The notes under the pieces were generated by a model. That model worked only from the letters and a program-made list of their open reading frames with translations. It had not been told where the DNA came from and made no database searches. A stretch of DNA of 62,758 nucleotides from Acidobacteriota bacterium (GTDB taxonomy: Bacteria > Acidobacteriota > UBA6911). Location: contig JAFGSS010000001.1 of NCBI GenBank assembly GCA_016934555.1, positions 1 through 62,758 of the forward strand, written 5' to 3'. This document shows positions 27,713 to 38,308 of this stretch, piece by piece; positions within the stretch are counted from its first letter, which is position 1; every line of letters begins with the position of its first letter. Both the position numbers and the translations under genes were made by a program.

Positions 27713-27967
27713 ATGAGCCGTGTAATCATCGAGACCTGTGACAAGCACCTGGCCTGCGTGGATGTCTGTCCCGTGGACTGCATTCACCCCCTCAAGGACG
27801 AGGGGGGGTTTGACGAATGCACCCAGCTCTACATCAATCCCGACGAGTGCATCGATTGCGGCGCCTGTGAAGCCGTCTGCCCGGTCAACGCGATTTTCCC
27901 GGAAGAGGAAGTCCCGGAGCAGTCTCAGGCTTCCATAGCCGCCAACCGGGACCATTTCAAGAAATAG
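27713..27967 (+). CDS. 4Fe-4S dicluster-type ferredoxin
   Basis: ATG at 27713 follows AAGGAGAGAG. CDKHLACVDVCPVDCI and CIDCGACEAVCPVNAI are cluster motifs. Confidence 0.85.
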   Translation: MSRVIIETCDKHLACVDVCPVDCIHPLKDEGGFDECTQLYINPDECIDCGACEAVCPVNAIFPEEEVPEQSQASIAANRDHFKK

Positions 27968-27994
27968 GCCGCGAGCTCCGGTGCCGGCCGCCGG

Positions 27995-28035
27995 GGGTCT
28001 ACCCTTTTCTCTCGAAAACGTGAAGACCCTTTTTC
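27995..28035 (+). terminator. Rho-independent terminator candidate after the ferredoxin gene
   Basis: Outer stem GGGTCT/AGACCC and inner stem TTTTC/GAAAA, followed by TTTTTCT. Confidence 0.5.
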
Positions 28036-28047
28036 TGGATCCCTGAA

Positions 28048-29271
28048 ATGTTCTCCACCATCGCGCGCAGGATCCGCGGGGAATCCAACGCCCTCTACAG
28101 GGCCCGGGACGAGGTACGGGCCTCGGGCCGGCCCGTCGTGGACCTGGTGTCGGGCAACCTCAACGATTGCGGCTACGTCTTCCCCCAGAACCTGCTGGAG
28201 GAGATCCTCGTGGAGGCGTCCCGCCGCTCCGCCGTCTACCGGCCCGACTCCTTCGGGCAGGCGACGGCGCGGGAGGCGGTCTCGGAGTTCTATCTCAAGA
28301 GCGGCTGCACCCTCGCGCCCGATTCGATCCTCGTCACCCCCGGGACCAGCCTCGCCTACTGGTACTGCTTCAAACTTCTGGCCGACGAAGGGGACGAAAT
28401 CCTCTGTCCCCGCCCCTCCTATCCACTCTTCGACTACATCGCCCTGATGGGGGGCGTGAACCTGGTCCCATACCGCATGCGGGAAGAGGAGGGATGGGGC
28501 ATCGACCTGGAGCACCTGGAAGCCAGCATCTCCACGAGGACCCGGGCGGTGGTGCTGATCTCCCCCCATAATCCCACCGGCCACGTGGCCTCGGCCGGGG
28601 AGATCGAGGGACTCGCCGAAATCGCCCGCCGCCACGACCTGGCCATCATCAGCGACGAGGTGTTCAGCGAAGCCCTCCTTCCGGGAAAGCGGACGCTTCG
28701 GCCGGAGCCGCTCCCCCGCCCCGCCTCGAGCGGCGCGCCGCTGGTGATCACCCTCAACGGCTTCTCCAAGATGTTCGCCCTGCCGGGGATGAAATTCGGC
28801 TGGATGGCCCTGTCGGGTGACCCGGAGAAGGTGCGCCGGGCGCTCGGCTCGCTGGAGCTCATCTCCGACACCTTCCTCCCCGTCAACGAAACCGTCCAGG
28901 CGGCGGCACCCGGCATCTTCCAACTGGGCAACGCGGTGAGATTCGAATTCGGGATGCGCATCCGGGACTGCTGGCGCCGGACGGAGGCGTTGCTTGCCAC
29001 CTGTTCCGATCGCTGCAGCTATGTCCGACCGCAGGGAGGGTTTTACGTCGCGCTGAGCCTCGGCGACCAGGACGAGGAACGGACCGCGGAGAGGATCCTT
29101 CGCGAAAGGAGCCTCCTGGTCCACCCGGGATGGTTTTACGACATGGATCCGCACCACCTGGTTTTCTGTTTCGTGCAGAAACCGGAAGTCCTCGAGGATT
29201 GCATCCCCGGGCTGTTCGAGGCCGCCCGCCCGTCGGCCGACGGCCCGGAACGGTCGGAGCCGGAACCATGA
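28048..29271 (+). CDS. PLP-dependent aminotransferase, class I/II
   Basis: ISPHNPTGHV, ISDEVF and NGFSKMFALPGMKFGW (PLP-lysine motif SK). Confidence 0.85.
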   Translation: MFSTIARRIRGESNALYRARDEVRASGRPVVDLVSGNLNDCGYVFPQNLLEEILVEASRRSAVYRPDSFGQATAREAVSEFYLKSGCTLAPDSILVTPGTSLAYWYCFKLLADEGDEILCPRPSYPLFDYIALMGGVNLVPYRMREEEGWGIDLEHLEASISTRTRAVVLISPHNPTGHVASAGEIEGLAEIARRHDLAIISDEVFSEALLPGKRTLRPEPLPRPASSGAPLVITLNGFSKMFALPGMKFGWMALSGDPEKVRRALGSLELISDTFLPVNETVQAAAPGIFQLGNAVRFEFGMRIRDCWRRTEALLATCSDRCSYVRPQGGFYVALSLGDQDEERTAERILRERSLLVHPGWFYDMDPHHLVFCFVQKPEVLEDCIPGLFEAARPSADGPERSEPEP

Positions 29272-30035
29272 ATTATCTGCGCTACCGGTACCGGGGAAAG
29301 GTTGCGACCGGGGTCGCGGAAGGGGGCAGGGTCCGGGAACTCCGCATGGGGTCGTGCGACGAATGCATGGAGACGGGCCCGCCGGTCGGCCTGGACCAGG
29401 TCGAGATCCTGTGCCCCTCCGAACCGACCAAGATCCTCGCCGTGGGGCTGAATTACCGCAGTCATCTTGATCACCATGCCCCGGGGACCGCGGCGCCCGC
29501 CAGTCCCGAAATCTTTTTCAAACCCCCTTCGGCCCTCCTCCCCCATGGCGGGGAGATCCTGATCCCCCCCGACGCGCACGACGTGCACTACGAGGGGGAA
29601 CTCGTGATCGTCATCGGGGGGATGGCCCGCCGGGTCTCCCCCGGGGAGGCGCATAATTACATCCTGGGATACAGCTGCGGCATTGATGTCAGCGCCCGGA
29701 TCTGGCAGACAAACGACCTGCAGTGGTGGCGCGCCAAGGGGTGTGACACCTTCGCTCCCGCGGGACCGGTCGTGGCGACCAACTTCGACTGGGCAAGCGG
29801 GGGGATCGAGACCCGCGTCAACGGCGCCGTGGTGCAGTCGGGCCGGTTCAGCGAGTTCCTTTTCAATCCGCCGATGATCGTGAGCTACGCCAGCCGGTAT
29901 CTGACCCTGATGCCGGGAGACCTCATCTATACCGGGACCCCCGGCGGCACCGGAGCGCTGCACCCGGGCGACCGGGTGGAGGTGGAGATCCCCGGAATCG
30001 GGACACTGTGCAGCAGTGTCGCCGCGGGCGCCTGA
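29268..30035 (+). CDS. Fumarylacetoacetate hydrolase (FAH) family protein
   Basis: ATG at 29268 overlaps the upstream stop (ATGA). VGLNYRSH, FFKPPSAL, HYEGELVIVIG, KGCDTFAPAGP and LMPGDLIYTGTPGG. Confidence 0.85.
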   Translation: MNYLRYRYRGKVATGVAEGGRVRELRMGSCDECMETGPPVGLDQVEILCPSEPTKILAVGLNYRSHLDHHAPGTAAPASPEIFFKPPSALLPHGGEILIPPDAHDVHYEGELVIVIGGMARRVSPGEAHNYILGYSCGIDVSARIWQTNDLQWWRAKGCDTFAPAGPVVATNFDWASGGIETRVNGAVVQSGRFSEFLFNPPMIVSYASRYLTLMPGDLIYTGTPGGTGALHPGDRVEVEIPGIGTLCSSVAAGA

Positions 30036-30046
30036 AAGAGCCGCGC

Positions 30047-31435
30047 CTAACGCCCGCTGGGGAGGGCGGCGCCCAGTTTGCGCGCGATCCGGTCCTCGAT
30101 CCAGTGGCTGTCGCACCATTCGATGGAATCCACGGGGAGCCCCTGCAGGAGCACGCTGAAGTGGAGATGGTCGCCTCCAGCCAGCCCGGTTTCCCCCGTT
30201 CTGCCGATGACGTCCCCCCGCGACACCTCCTGCCCCTCCCCGGCACCCATGGACGAAAGGTGCGCGTAGATGCTCTGAAGACCGTACCCGTGATCGATGA
30301 CGATGGCGTTGCCGTAAATCCCCAGGTAGCCGGCAAAGACCACCACCCCCGCGTTGGCGGCGGGGACCGGCGCCTGTTTGACCGAAGCCAGGTCGTACCC
30401 CAGGTGGGTCTGGACGTCCACCTCCCGTCCCTCGTAGAGATAGGATCTCCGTTCGGCGAACGAGGCTGTCGTCTTGCTGTTGGGCATCATCACAAATTCC
30501 CCGCGCCAGAGGAAACCGGGGGTGGTAGTGCGCACCAGGGCCAGGATAGTCTCCTGGTTCGCGTCGCGCATCTCGCGGTTTATGGCCAGGTAGCTCTCGA
30601 GCAGGGTCCCCCGCTCCCGGAACCCGGGGGTCTGGGAAACGATCGCCGGCACCACCTTGTCGAGGAAGGAGTCGGAGACCTGGATGGTGTCGGTCCGCAG
30701 CGGCCTCGGGAAGAACCGGTCGATGAAGGCCGCCTCCGCCGCGTTCCCCGCGGCGTCCTCCACCACCAGCCGGACCTCGGGCCGGTCCATGTCATAGGGG
30801 ACGGCAAAGAGAGCGAACCGGTCGTGCGCCCCCCCGCCCGGAAGCGGGAATCCCGGGAACCACCAGGAGCCGGCGCGCACGCCGTCACGCACGGCCGATT
30901 CCCCGACGCTGTAGACGACGGCTTCGCACCCCCCCTGCCGGACGTAGGTCTGGGACGACCGGACCTGGAGCGACGGGGGAGTCAGGCGGACCGGCAGGGT
31001 CAGTTCCTCGACATGAGGATCCGGATGCCGGAGCCAGGTCGGGGCCCGGTCGCTCGTCACGCGGATGGTCGCTTCCCCCCCGGTCAGGGCGGGAAGGCTT
31101 TGGCGGCCGGCCTCGACCCCGATGGTATCCCGGACGGTCTTGGATCCCAGAAACGGAATCTGCGAAGCGGCGGTGTAGGTTTTTTCGAACAGCGGCGCGG
31201 AATGCTCCCCCTGAACGAGCTCGATCCGGACCCGCGACAGTCCCCTCCGCGGCTCGGCGATCTCGATCGTCACGGGCGTCCTCTTGCCGATGACGCTCAT
31301 CGCCGGTTGGATACGGACATCAGGTTTTCCCCCGACCCGGAAAATGCCGAGGGCGAGAAAGGCCAGCAGGCACGCACAGACGATGACCACCACCGGTTTG
31401 AGGGAACGCCCTCCACGCATTACCGCATCCGCCAT
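30047..31435 (-). CDS. M23 family metallopeptidase (membrane-anchored)
   Basis: N-terminal TM helix (VVVIVCACLLAFLALGIF). The C-terminal LytM domain reads IDHGYGLQSIYAHLS...GETGLAGGDHLHFSV. Confidence 0.85.
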   Translation of the reverse strand: MADAVMRGGRSLKPVVVIVCACLLAFLALGIFRVGGKPDVRIQPAMSVIGKRTPVTIEIAEPRRGLSRVRIELVQGEHSAPLFEKTYTAASQIPFLGSKTVRDTIGVEAGRQSLPALTGGEATIRVTSDRAPTWLRHPDPHVEELTLPVRLTPPSLQVRSSQTYVRQGGCEAVVYSVGESAVRDGVRAGSWWFPGFPLPGGGAHDRFALFAVPYDMDRPEVRLVVEDAAGNAAEAAFIDRFFPRPLRTDTIQVSDSFLDKVVPAIVSQTPGFRERGTLLESYLAINREMRDANQETILALVRTTTPGFLWRGEFVMMPNSKTTASFAERRSYLYEGREVDVQTHLGYDLASVKQAPVPAANAGVVVFAGYLGIYGNAIVIDHGYGLQSIYAHLSSMGAGEGQEVSRGDVIGRTGETGLAGGDHLHFSVLLQGLPVDSIEWCDSHWIEDRIARKLGAALPSGR

Positions 31436-31635
31436 GATTTTACAGTCCTCCGCTTGTTTTGACCGGCCCAGTGTACCACCACTCACTCCCCGGTTGCAGG
31501 GGCACGGGCATGAAAGCGCCCGCCCGAAACCCGTCGCGGTGAAGTTGATTGCTCCAAGCTCTGCAATCAGTGTATGATGGCCCAACAACGGAGAAGCGTG
31601 CTCTCAGATCAGGTTCTATGCAAGGAGGCAGTGCG

Positions 31636-31989
31636 ATGAAAAAGCTTTCAACCGCGGTTTTTCTCGGCCTGTGGATTTTGGTTTCGCTGGGCTGTTCTTC
31701 AACCCCTTCGGGAACGGTGGCGGTCAAGGACCTTCAGGGAAGTATCGCCGACCGGATCGGACAGGATGTCGTGGTGGTGGGAATGGCGGACACCCGGACT
31801 CCCATGGCTTCGTTCAGGATGTTCAAGCTTTCATCGGGGAACAACTATGTCTGGGCCTCGATCCCCGAGAACGCCGAGGAACCCCCCCAGGGACTCAAGG
31901 TGCGGGTCACCGGGACCGTCCAGCAGAAGGAATTCCCGGCCATGGGGAACGTGCTTTTCATCGAATCGAAAAAGATAGGAATGGAATAG
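31636..31989 (+). CDS. Small lipoprotein, function unknown
   Basis: AAGGAGG lies 8 nt upstream of the ATG. Signal peptide with lipobox LVSLGC. Confidence 0.6.
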   Translation: MKKLSTAVFLGLWILVSLGCSSTPSGTVAVKDLQGSIADRIGQDVVVVGMADTRTPMASFRMFKLSSGNNYVWASIPENAEEPPQGLKVRVTGTVQQKEFPAMGNVLFIESKKIGME

Positions 31990-32009
31990 ACGCAGCGATC
32001 GAACACGGG

Positions 32010-32037
32010 GGGACAGTCCCGAGGCTGTCCCTGTTTT
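32010..32037 (+). terminator. Rho-independent terminator (GGGACAG-N8-CTGTCCC + TGTTTT)
   Basis: A 7-bp GC-rich stem and T-tract about 20 nt after the lipoprotein stop. The stem shares GGGACAGTC with the repeat family at 18319/20173/37926. Confidence 0.6.
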
Positions 32038-32051
32038 CCGAACCTCGGCGA

Positions 32052-32780
32052 CTACAGATACCGATCCAGAAACCTTTCCAGGCTCGTCCCGGCCACCGCG
32101 GCGTGCTCCTTCCACTGCCGCCAGGTGTGGGCCATTCCCGTATGCAGGAGTGTCTTCACCCGGGCACCCACCCCCGAGGAGGGATCGAAGGCGAACGGCT
32201 GCAAAAAGGTGTCCCGGGCCTCGTCGCTGACCGCCCGGATGCAGCCCAGGCGCACGCCCGCGCAAGCGGCCACCCGGGCCAGGGCGGCCGTTTCCATGTC
32301 CACGATCGAGGCGTGAAACGACCTGAACAGGATCTCCTTGTGCGCAGGGTTCCCCAGGACGTGGGGTGAAGTGAGGACCGTTCCGGCCGTCGCCCCGATT
32401 CCCGCGGCCGCGGCCGCGGAGACGAGCGCGTGGGCGTCGTCCAGCTCGAACGCCCCCCCGGCCCGCACCCGGTTCCAGTCCGTCCCGTCGAGGGTCAGTT
32501 CAATCGCCCGCGTCGCGGCCACCAGGCTCCCCAGCTCAAGGCCCGGATCGAGAGCCCCGGCGTATCCCACCACGAGGATCCGCTCTGGACGGACTTTTTC
32601 CAGCGCGGCCGCGAGGTTCCGGGCCGCCTTTTCAGGCCCCACGCCCGCCCGCAGGAAGCCCACCGCCCGCCCGTCCCGCGTGCCGCGCCGCAGCCGCCCG
32701 CCCGACACGCTCTCCAGCCCGCAGCAGAGCCTCATGCCCGCCTTCAGTTCCTCTTCCAGTGCAGCGACAACCAGGAGCAT
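32052..32780 (-). CDS. PNP_UDP_1 phosphorylase-family protein (MTA/SAH nucleosidase / HpnG-like)
   Basis: ILVVGYAGALDP...HASIVDMETAALARVA...IRAVSD is a nucleoside phosphorylase fold signature. Confidence 0.65.
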   Translation of the reverse strand: MLLVVAALEEELKAGMRLCCGLESVSGGRLRRGTRDGRAVGFLRAGVGPEKAARNLAAALEKVRPERILVVGYAGALDPGLELGSLVAATRAIELTLDGTDWNRVRAGGAFELDDAHALVSAAAAAGIGATAGTVLTSPHVLGNPAHKEILFRSFHASIVDMETAALARVAACAGVRLGCIRAVSDEARDTFLQPFAFDPSSGVGARVKTLLHTGMAHTWRQWKEHAAVAGTSLERFLDRYL

Positions 32781-32982
32781 AGGCCCTCAGGATAGGCCGG
32801 CCGGCGCCGCGAGACAAGCGCCATTCCGCCGCGCCTCTACCCGCTCCCGCCCGGGATCCTCCATTGAGAGGAGGGGGGAAGATATATTTGAACCGGCCGC
32901 AAATATTGGGGTATAGGTATGAAGACCCGGAAAACCGGAAAAGGCACGGGTCCAAATCCATCAACCGCAGACGGAATCAAGG

Positions 32983-33954
32983 ATGGGAAACATGAGATCG
33001 GTCGTCATCCTGCTTTGGCTGGCGGTGCTTCCGGGAGTGGCCGCCGCACGCGAAGGATTTGAAGAGGCGAAAGAGCACTACGGGAAGGGGGAATACCGGC
33101 AGGCCTCGACCCTCCTCCGGGACCTGGCACGATCCGATCCGAAAAACGCCGAAATCCGGTTCTGGCTCTCGCGGACCCACACCCGGCTCCGCGAGTGGAA
33201 GGAGGCGGTCCGGGAACTGGAGCAGGCGGTGAAGCTCGAGCCCCGCAACGCGCGCTACCATCTCTGGCTCGGACGCGCCTACGGGGACCGGGCCTCCCGG
33301 GCGTTTTTTACTTCCGCCTTCTCGCTGGCCCGGAAGGTGGTGAAGGAGTTCGAAACCGCCAGGGACCTGGCCCCCGAAGACATCGACGTCCGGTTCGATC
33401 TTCTCGAATACTACCTCCAGGCTCCAGGAATTGTGGGCGGGGGGAAGGACAAGGCGGAGGCGGAGGCGAAGGTCATCGCCGGGATCGACCCCGCCAAGAA
33501 ATTCATCGCGGACGCGACCCTTCACATGAAAAACAAGGACTGGGAGAAGGCGGAAGCCTCCCTGCTCCGGGCGACCGCCGAATACCCGCGGCAAGCCAGC
33601 GCCCACCGGGACCTGGCCGGGTACCGGTTCGACCGGAAAGACTACAGGGGGGCCCTGGATTCCGGCCGGAAGGCCCTGGACCTGGGCCCGAATTCAAAAA
33701 GCTCGGCGCTCCTGGTGGCATCGGCTCAGGTGAGGCTCGGCGTGGAACTGGAAGAGGCGGAGCGGAGCCTCGCGTCTCTCGCCCGCGGTTCCCTCCACGA
33801 CGGGGACCCCTCCCACGAGGAGGTGCACTACTGGATCGGCCAGTGCCGTCTCGCCCGGGGGGAGACCGCCGGGGCGCGCGCGGCGTTCGAGACCGCCCTC
33901 CGGTTCAACCCCGAATATTCCAGGGCCAAGGACGCGCTGGCAGAAATCAAATAG
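32983..33954 (+). CDS. Secreted TPR-repeat protein
   Basis: Signal peptide (VVILLWLAVLPGVAAA), followed by repeated TPR-like A/Y/L patterns (EAKEHYGKGEYRQA..., RYHLWLGRAYG...). Confidence 0.7.
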   Translation: MGNMRSVVILLWLAVLPGVAAAREGFEEAKEHYGKGEYRQASTLLRDLARSDPKNAEIRFWLSRTHTRLREWKEAVRELEQAVKLEPRNARYHLWLGRAYGDRASRAFFTSAFSLARKVVKEFETARDLAPEDIDVRFDLLEYYLQAPGIVGGGKDKAEAEAKVIAGIDPAKKFIADATLHMKNKDWEKAEASLLRATAEYPRQASAHRDLAGYRFDRKDYRGALDSGRKALDLGPNSKSSALLVASAQVRLGVELEEAERSLASLARGSLHDGDPSHEEVHYWIGQCRLARGETAGARAAFETALRFNPEYSRAKDALAEIK

Positions 33955-34006
33955 ACTTCCCCAATTGCGGGCCTGTTTCCGGAACACACATTCGAGGCGT
34001 CGAGTC

Positions 34007-35314
34007 ATGAAGAGATTGTCGGGAACCCTTGTTGTTTGGACCCTCTGCCTGTCATGGGCCCACGCTGCCGAAACACCGGCCGGGGCGCGGGCGCTGACGC
34101 TGCAGGAAGCCGTCAGCCTGGCCCTGGAGCGTTCGCCGGAGGTGCTGCTCGCCCGGACGCAGGCGCTCCAGGCGGGGGAGTCGGTGCGCGAGAGCCGCTC
34201 GCTCGACCGGCCGCAGGTGACCGCGGGAACCGGACTGGCCTACAACAACGGCTTCCCCCTCAGCATCGAGGGGAGCGCCCCCTCCATATTCAAGATCATC
34301 GGGAGCCAGTCCCTGTTCAGCGCGAAGAACTCCAACCTCATAAAGGAGTCGAAGGAGTCGGAGCGTGCCGGCGGGTTCGCCGCCGGGCGCGTCCGGAACG
34401 AGGTGGCCGCCCGGACCGCCCTCTGCTACAGCCGGCTGCACCAGGCGCGCAAGGTCCAGGCGCTGGCCGGGCGCCGGCTGGAGGAGGCGCTCAGGCGGCA
34501 GGAGACGACCGAGTCGCTGCTCGAGGGGGGGAAGGCGCGCCCCGTCGACGCCGCCGTCGCCCGCACCGCCGCCGCCGCCGCCCGGCAGGACGTGTTGGTC
34601 GCCCGGGAGGAGGCGCGCGTTCTCCAGGCCGAACTGTCGGCCCTGACCGGGATCGCGGGCGGCGTCTCCATCGAGACCCGTGATCCCCTGATCGGCAATC
34701 CCCTCGAAGGGGAGCCGGCCGAGGAGATGTATCGGCGGGCGGTCCGATCCTCGCCCGAGATCCTCGAGGCCGAGGCTGCCGTCCGGGCCAGGGGATTCCA
34801 CACCGCCGCGGAAAAGGGGGAGCGCCACCCGCGCATGAACTTCGTCACCGAATACGCCCTGTTCAGCCGCTCCAACAACTACGAGGATTATTACCGCCGC
34901 TTCGAGCGGCACAACTACCTCCTGGGGCTGTCGATCGAAGTCCCCCTCTTCACCGGGTCGCGCACGGACGCCCGCATCGCCCGGAGCCGGCTCGAGGAGG
35001 AGGGGGAACGTCACCGGCTGGAGGGGTTGAAGTCGGACCTGAGGGTGGCGATCGCACGCGCGCTCGGCGCGCTCGCCATCGCCCGCGGGGCCGCGGAGCT
35101 GGCACGCCAGGACCTCGAGACCGCCAGGGAGCTGCAGGTGCTGGACGAGGCGCTTCTGGCCGAGGGCCGGATGAGCGAACAGGAGATGGCCGCGGTCCGG
35201 TTCGAGCTGCAGGGGAAGGAACGCGCCCTCGTCGACGCGGACCACGCCCTGATCGAGCGCCGGATCGAGCTGCTGCGCCTGACGGGGACCGCCTCCTCGG
35301 CCCTCGCCGAATAG
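34007..35314 (+). CDS. TolC-family outer membrane efflux protein
   Basis: Signal peptide, then LTLQEAVSLALERSPEVLLAR. The sequence has an internally duplicated coiled-coil/beta structure typical of outer membrane factors. Confidence 0.8.
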   Translation: MKRLSGTLVVWTLCLSWAHAAETPAGARALTLQEAVSLALERSPEVLLARTQALQAGESVRESRSLDRPQVTAGTGLAYNNGFPLSIEGSAPSIFKIIGSQSLFSAKNSNLIKESKESERAGGFAAGRVRNEVAARTALCYSRLHQARKVQALAGRRLEEALRRQETTESLLEGGKARPVDAAVARTAAAAARQDVLVAREEARVLQAELSALTGIAGGVSIETRDPLIGNPLEGEPAEEMYRRAVRSSPEILEAEAAVRARGFHTAAEKGERHPRMNFVTEYALFSRSNNYEDYYRRFERHNYLLGLSIEVPLFTGSRTDARIARSRLEEEGERHRLEGLKSDLRVAIARALGALAIARGAAELARQDLETARELQVLDEALLAEGRMSEQEMAAVRFELQGKERALVDADHALIERRIELLRLTGTASSALAE

Positions 35315-35391
35315 GTCCCCGCAAATCGGTTTCTCCCCCGCATCCCGCTTTGGGGTAAGATGGGCCCGATCTGTCCCGCAAAAGGAGGGCC

Positions 35392-37125
35392 ATGGAACCG
35401 AGACACAAGCAGACCGTCCGCATAGTCCTGGCGACCGCCGTCATCGCGGCCTCGCTGATCGCCTGGCTCCTGTCCACGCCTGCGCCCGACATGCCGGTGA
35501 GCCAGGCGCCCCTCGAGTTCGATGCCGGGCGCGCCCTCGGGGCCGCGCGCGCATTCGTGACCCGGAACCCGGACCGGCTCTTCGGCAGCCTGGAGTCCCG
35601 GCAGTCGAGCGGGGACCTCATCGACTCCCTCTCCTCGTTCGGCTACGAGGTCGAGTTCATCCACTTCGATGCGAGGGTAAAGAGCCGCAGCCGGGTGGGG
35701 CGCAACGTGCTGGCGCTCAGGAAGGGGGAGTCGGACGAGATCGTCGCCCTCGTCGCCCATTACGACACCGCCGCCACCACCGTCGAGGGGGGGATGAAAA
35801 ACGGCGCCGCGGTCGGGGTGCTCCTGGAACTCGCCCGCGTGTTTTCGAGAGTTCCGACGCACAGGAGCCTCCTCTTCATCTTCACCGACGGGGGGGAATG
35901 GGGGAACACGGGCGCCGCGGACCTGGCGGCCCGGTATCCGCTGAAGGACCGCATCGCCGCCGTCCTGTCGCTCGATCATGTGGCCCCCGGAGAGCTTGAG
36001 GCCTTCCGCCTCGAGGAAACCGGGCAGGTCTCGGGATTCACCCCCCCGTGGCTGCGCCGCCTGGCGGCGCAGGCCGCCTCCGCGGGGGGCCTCGGCGTCA
36101 GGGGAGCCTCGCGCCTCGGGGAAACCGTCGAGCGGGCGCTGCAGATTTCGAGCGCGGACCAGGGACCGTTCCTGCGGGCGGGGATCGCGGCCGTCAACCT
36201 GGGAAGCGTATCGACCGACCGCTCCCGGGCGCGGGAGCTCTTCCATTCCCCCGGGGACGGCATCGCCAGCATCCGGCCCGAGAGCGTGCACAGTTTCGGC
36301 CTGGCGGCCGAACGGATCGTGCGCTCCCTGGACGAGGCGCCGGAGATCCCCCGGGAAGCGCCCGACGCCTGTCGCAGCGCGGGCGGGAAGTTTCTGGCCA
36401 TCCCCTGGGTCCGGGTCAGCCAGCTGTTGTGGTTTCTGCCGCTCTGTCCCTTCCTCTGGTGGCAGCTGGCGGGCGCGCGGCCGAAACTCGACGCCGCCCA
36501 GGTCTCGAGAGAGCTCTGGGCCGTTGCGGCCACCTTCCTCCCCTTCCTCGTCCTCTTCCTGGGCGTGCGCCTGACGGGGGCGCTGCGCCTCCTGCCGGTG
36601 TACCCCCTCTACCCGGCGACGGCGCGCGACCCCGTCCTGGTCAACCCCGACTGGCGCGTTCTCGGGGCCATTTTCGGGGCCGCCGCCCTCATCGCCCTCA
36701 CCTCCTGGGTGGTGTGCCGATACGGGCTCAAAGGCTGGCCCGAGCCGCGGTACGCGGCCTCGAAAGCGGTGCTGCTCGCGCTCCTGATTCTGGTTGTCGC
36801 CCTGGCTTTTGCGCGCAACTCCCACTGGGCGTGGCTGTTTTTGCTGCTCCCCGCGTGGTTGTGGACCCTGATCGGGCGCGCGTCCTCGAGGAAGGGGAGG
36901 GCCCTGGCGATTGCGGGGATCCTGGCCGGCGCGGTACCCAGCCTGCTCGTGCTCGGCCGCCACGCGTCCGACCTCTACCTGGGATGGAACTACGCCTGGT
37001 ACCACGCGCTCGCGCTGCACAACGGCCTCTTCACCCCGGCCGGATATTTCCTGGGCGCGCTCGCCGTAACCCTGGGGATCCGCTTCATCGTCATCAGCCC
37101 AGCGCAACGTCGAGCGTCATCATGA
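35392..37125 (+). CDS. M28 family zinc peptidase fused to a polytopic membrane domain
   Basis: N-terminal TM helix. The M28 core reads ALVAHYDT...[18 protein letters not shown]...[16 protein letters not shown]. The C-terminal half has about 6 hydrophobic helices. Confidence 0.75.
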   Translation: MEPRHKQTVRIVLATAVIAASLIAWLLSTPAPDMPVSQAPLEFDAGRALGAARAFVTRNPDRLFGSLESRQSSGDLIDSLSSFGYEVEFIHFDARVKSRSRVGRNVLALRKGESDEIVALVAHYDTAATTVEGGMKNGAAVGVLLELARVFSRVPTHRSLLFIFTDGGEWGNTGAADLAARYPLKDRIAAVLSLDHVAPGELEAFRLEETGQVSGFTPPWLRRLAAQAASAGGLGVRGASRLGETVERALQISSADQGPFLRAGIAAVNLGSVSTDRSRARELFHSPGDGIASIRPESVHSFGLAAERIVRSLDEAPEIPREAPDACRSAGGKFLAIPWVRVSQLLWFLPLCPFLWWQLAGARPKLDAAQVSRELWAVAATFLPFLVLFLGVRLTGALRLLPVYPLYPATARDPVLVNPDWRVLGAIFGAAALIALTSWVVCRYGLKGWPEPRYAASKAVLLALLILVVALAFARNSHWAWLFLLLPAWLWTLIGRASSRKGRALAIAGILAGAVPSLLVLGRHASDLYLGWNYAWYHALALHNGLFTPAGYFLGALAVTLGIRFIVISPAQRRASS

Positions 37126-37879
37126 CCGCAAAGCCCAGCATGGCCCCCAGGGTGGCGATATCGGTGTTCTTTTCGGCCTGGGATTCGGGGATCAGCTCCT
37201 CGATGACGACGAACATCATGGCCCCGGCGGCAAACGACAGAGCGTAGGGGAGGATCGGACGCATCACCAGCACGGCGGCGGCGCCCGCCACGCCGGCGAT
37301 CGGTTCCACGATCCCCGACAACTGCCCGTACAGAAAGCATTTGCTCCGGGAGAGCCCCTCGCGCCTGAGGGGGACGGCCACGGCCATCCCCTCGGGGAAA
37401 TTCTGGATGCCGATGCCGAGCGCCAGCACCACCGCGGCGGCGATCGTGGCCGAGGAGAGGCCATACGCCGCGGCGCCGAAGGCCACCCCCACGGCCAGGC
37501 CCTCGGGAATGTTGTGGAGGGTGATGGCCAGCACCAGCAGGACGCTCCTGCGCCACGAGGTGGGAATCCCCTCCGCCTCGTCGAGTTCCATGCCCGGGTG
37601 CAGGTGTGGCAGCACCCAATCGATCAGCCGCAGGAAGACGCCGCCGAGCAGGAACCCCACCACCGCGGGGACCCAGGGAAGCGACCCGTTGGTTTCCTCC
37701 GCCATCTCGATGGCCGGGGCCAGCAGGGACCAGAAACTGGCCGCTATCATCACGCCGGCGGCGAACCCCAGCATGGAGTCGAGCACCTTGCGGTTGATGG
37801 TCTTGAAAAAGAAGACCACCGAAGCGCCGAGCGCGGTCACGGCCCACGTGAACAGCGTCGCCCACAGGGCCTGAAGCAC
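37094..37879 (-). CDS. zupT: ZIP-family zinc transporter
   Basis: [14 protein letters not shown] and QNFPEGMAV motifs, about 8 TM helices. Its 3' end overlaps the convergent M28 gene by 32 nt. Confidence 0.9.
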   Translation of the reverse strand: MLQALWATLFTWAVTALGASVVFFFKTINRKVLDSMLGFAAGVMIAASFWSLLAPAIEMAEETNGSLPWVPAVVGFLLGGVFLRLIDWVLPHLHPGMELDEAEGIPTSWRRSVLLVLAITLHNIPEGLAVGVAFGAAAYGLSSATIAAAVVLALGIGIQNFPEGMAVAVPLRREGLSRSKCFLYGQLSGIVEPIAGVAGAAAVLVMRPILPYALSFAAGAMMFVVIEELIPESQAEKNTDIATLGAMLGFAVMMTLDVALG

Positions 37880-37925
37880 GGGATGGAGTTCCTTGAACCA
37901 GTCGATGATAAAGTCCTCGAGAAAT

Positions 37926-37970
37926 GGGGACAGTCACCGGTGTCCCTCCGTGGACACCGGTGACTGTCCC
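37926..37970. repeat. Two head-to-head copies of the GGGACAGTCACCGGTGTCC element forming a 19-bp perfect inverted repeat
   Basis: GGGACAGTCACCGGTGTCC (37927-37945), a 6-nt spacer, then GGACACCGGTGACTGTCCC (37952-37970). It abuts the YtxH-like stop (37970-37972) and lies about 47 nt upstream of the zupT start codon on the minus strand. Confidence 0.75.
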
Positions 37971-38308
37971 TAGCCGGCCTGGATCTTCTCGACCTGTTCC
38001 CCGATCGTCTTTCTGGCGGCCGCCAGGGCCTGCCGAAGCTCTTCCAGCTTTCCGTCGGTCCACTGCACGCCGTCGGCCAGTCCCGCCTGCAGCCTCTCCT
38101 CGACGTCGCCCTTGATGTTCTCCACCGAATGCCACAGTTCACGCTGCACCGCATGAGCCCGGCTCCCGGCGTTCTCGGCCAGGTAACGGATCTTGCGCCT
38201 CGTCTTGCGTCCGGATTGCGGCGCAAACAGGAGCGCGATTCCCGCACCGAGCAGGGCGCCCGCTATCAAAGCGGTCGCGACCTCTTTCCTCGTGTTATCG
38301 TCGGCCAT
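37970..38308 (-). CDS. YtxH-domain protein
   Basis: N-terminal helix ALIAGALLGAGIALLFAPQSGRKTRRKI, followed by a coiled helical tail, as in the YtxH family. Confidence 0.65.
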   Translation of the reverse strand: MADDNTRKEVATALIAGALLGAGIALLFAPQSGRKTRRKIRYLAENAGSRAHAVQRELWHSVENIKGDVEERLQAGLADGVQWTDGKLEELRQALAAARKTIGEQVEKIQAG

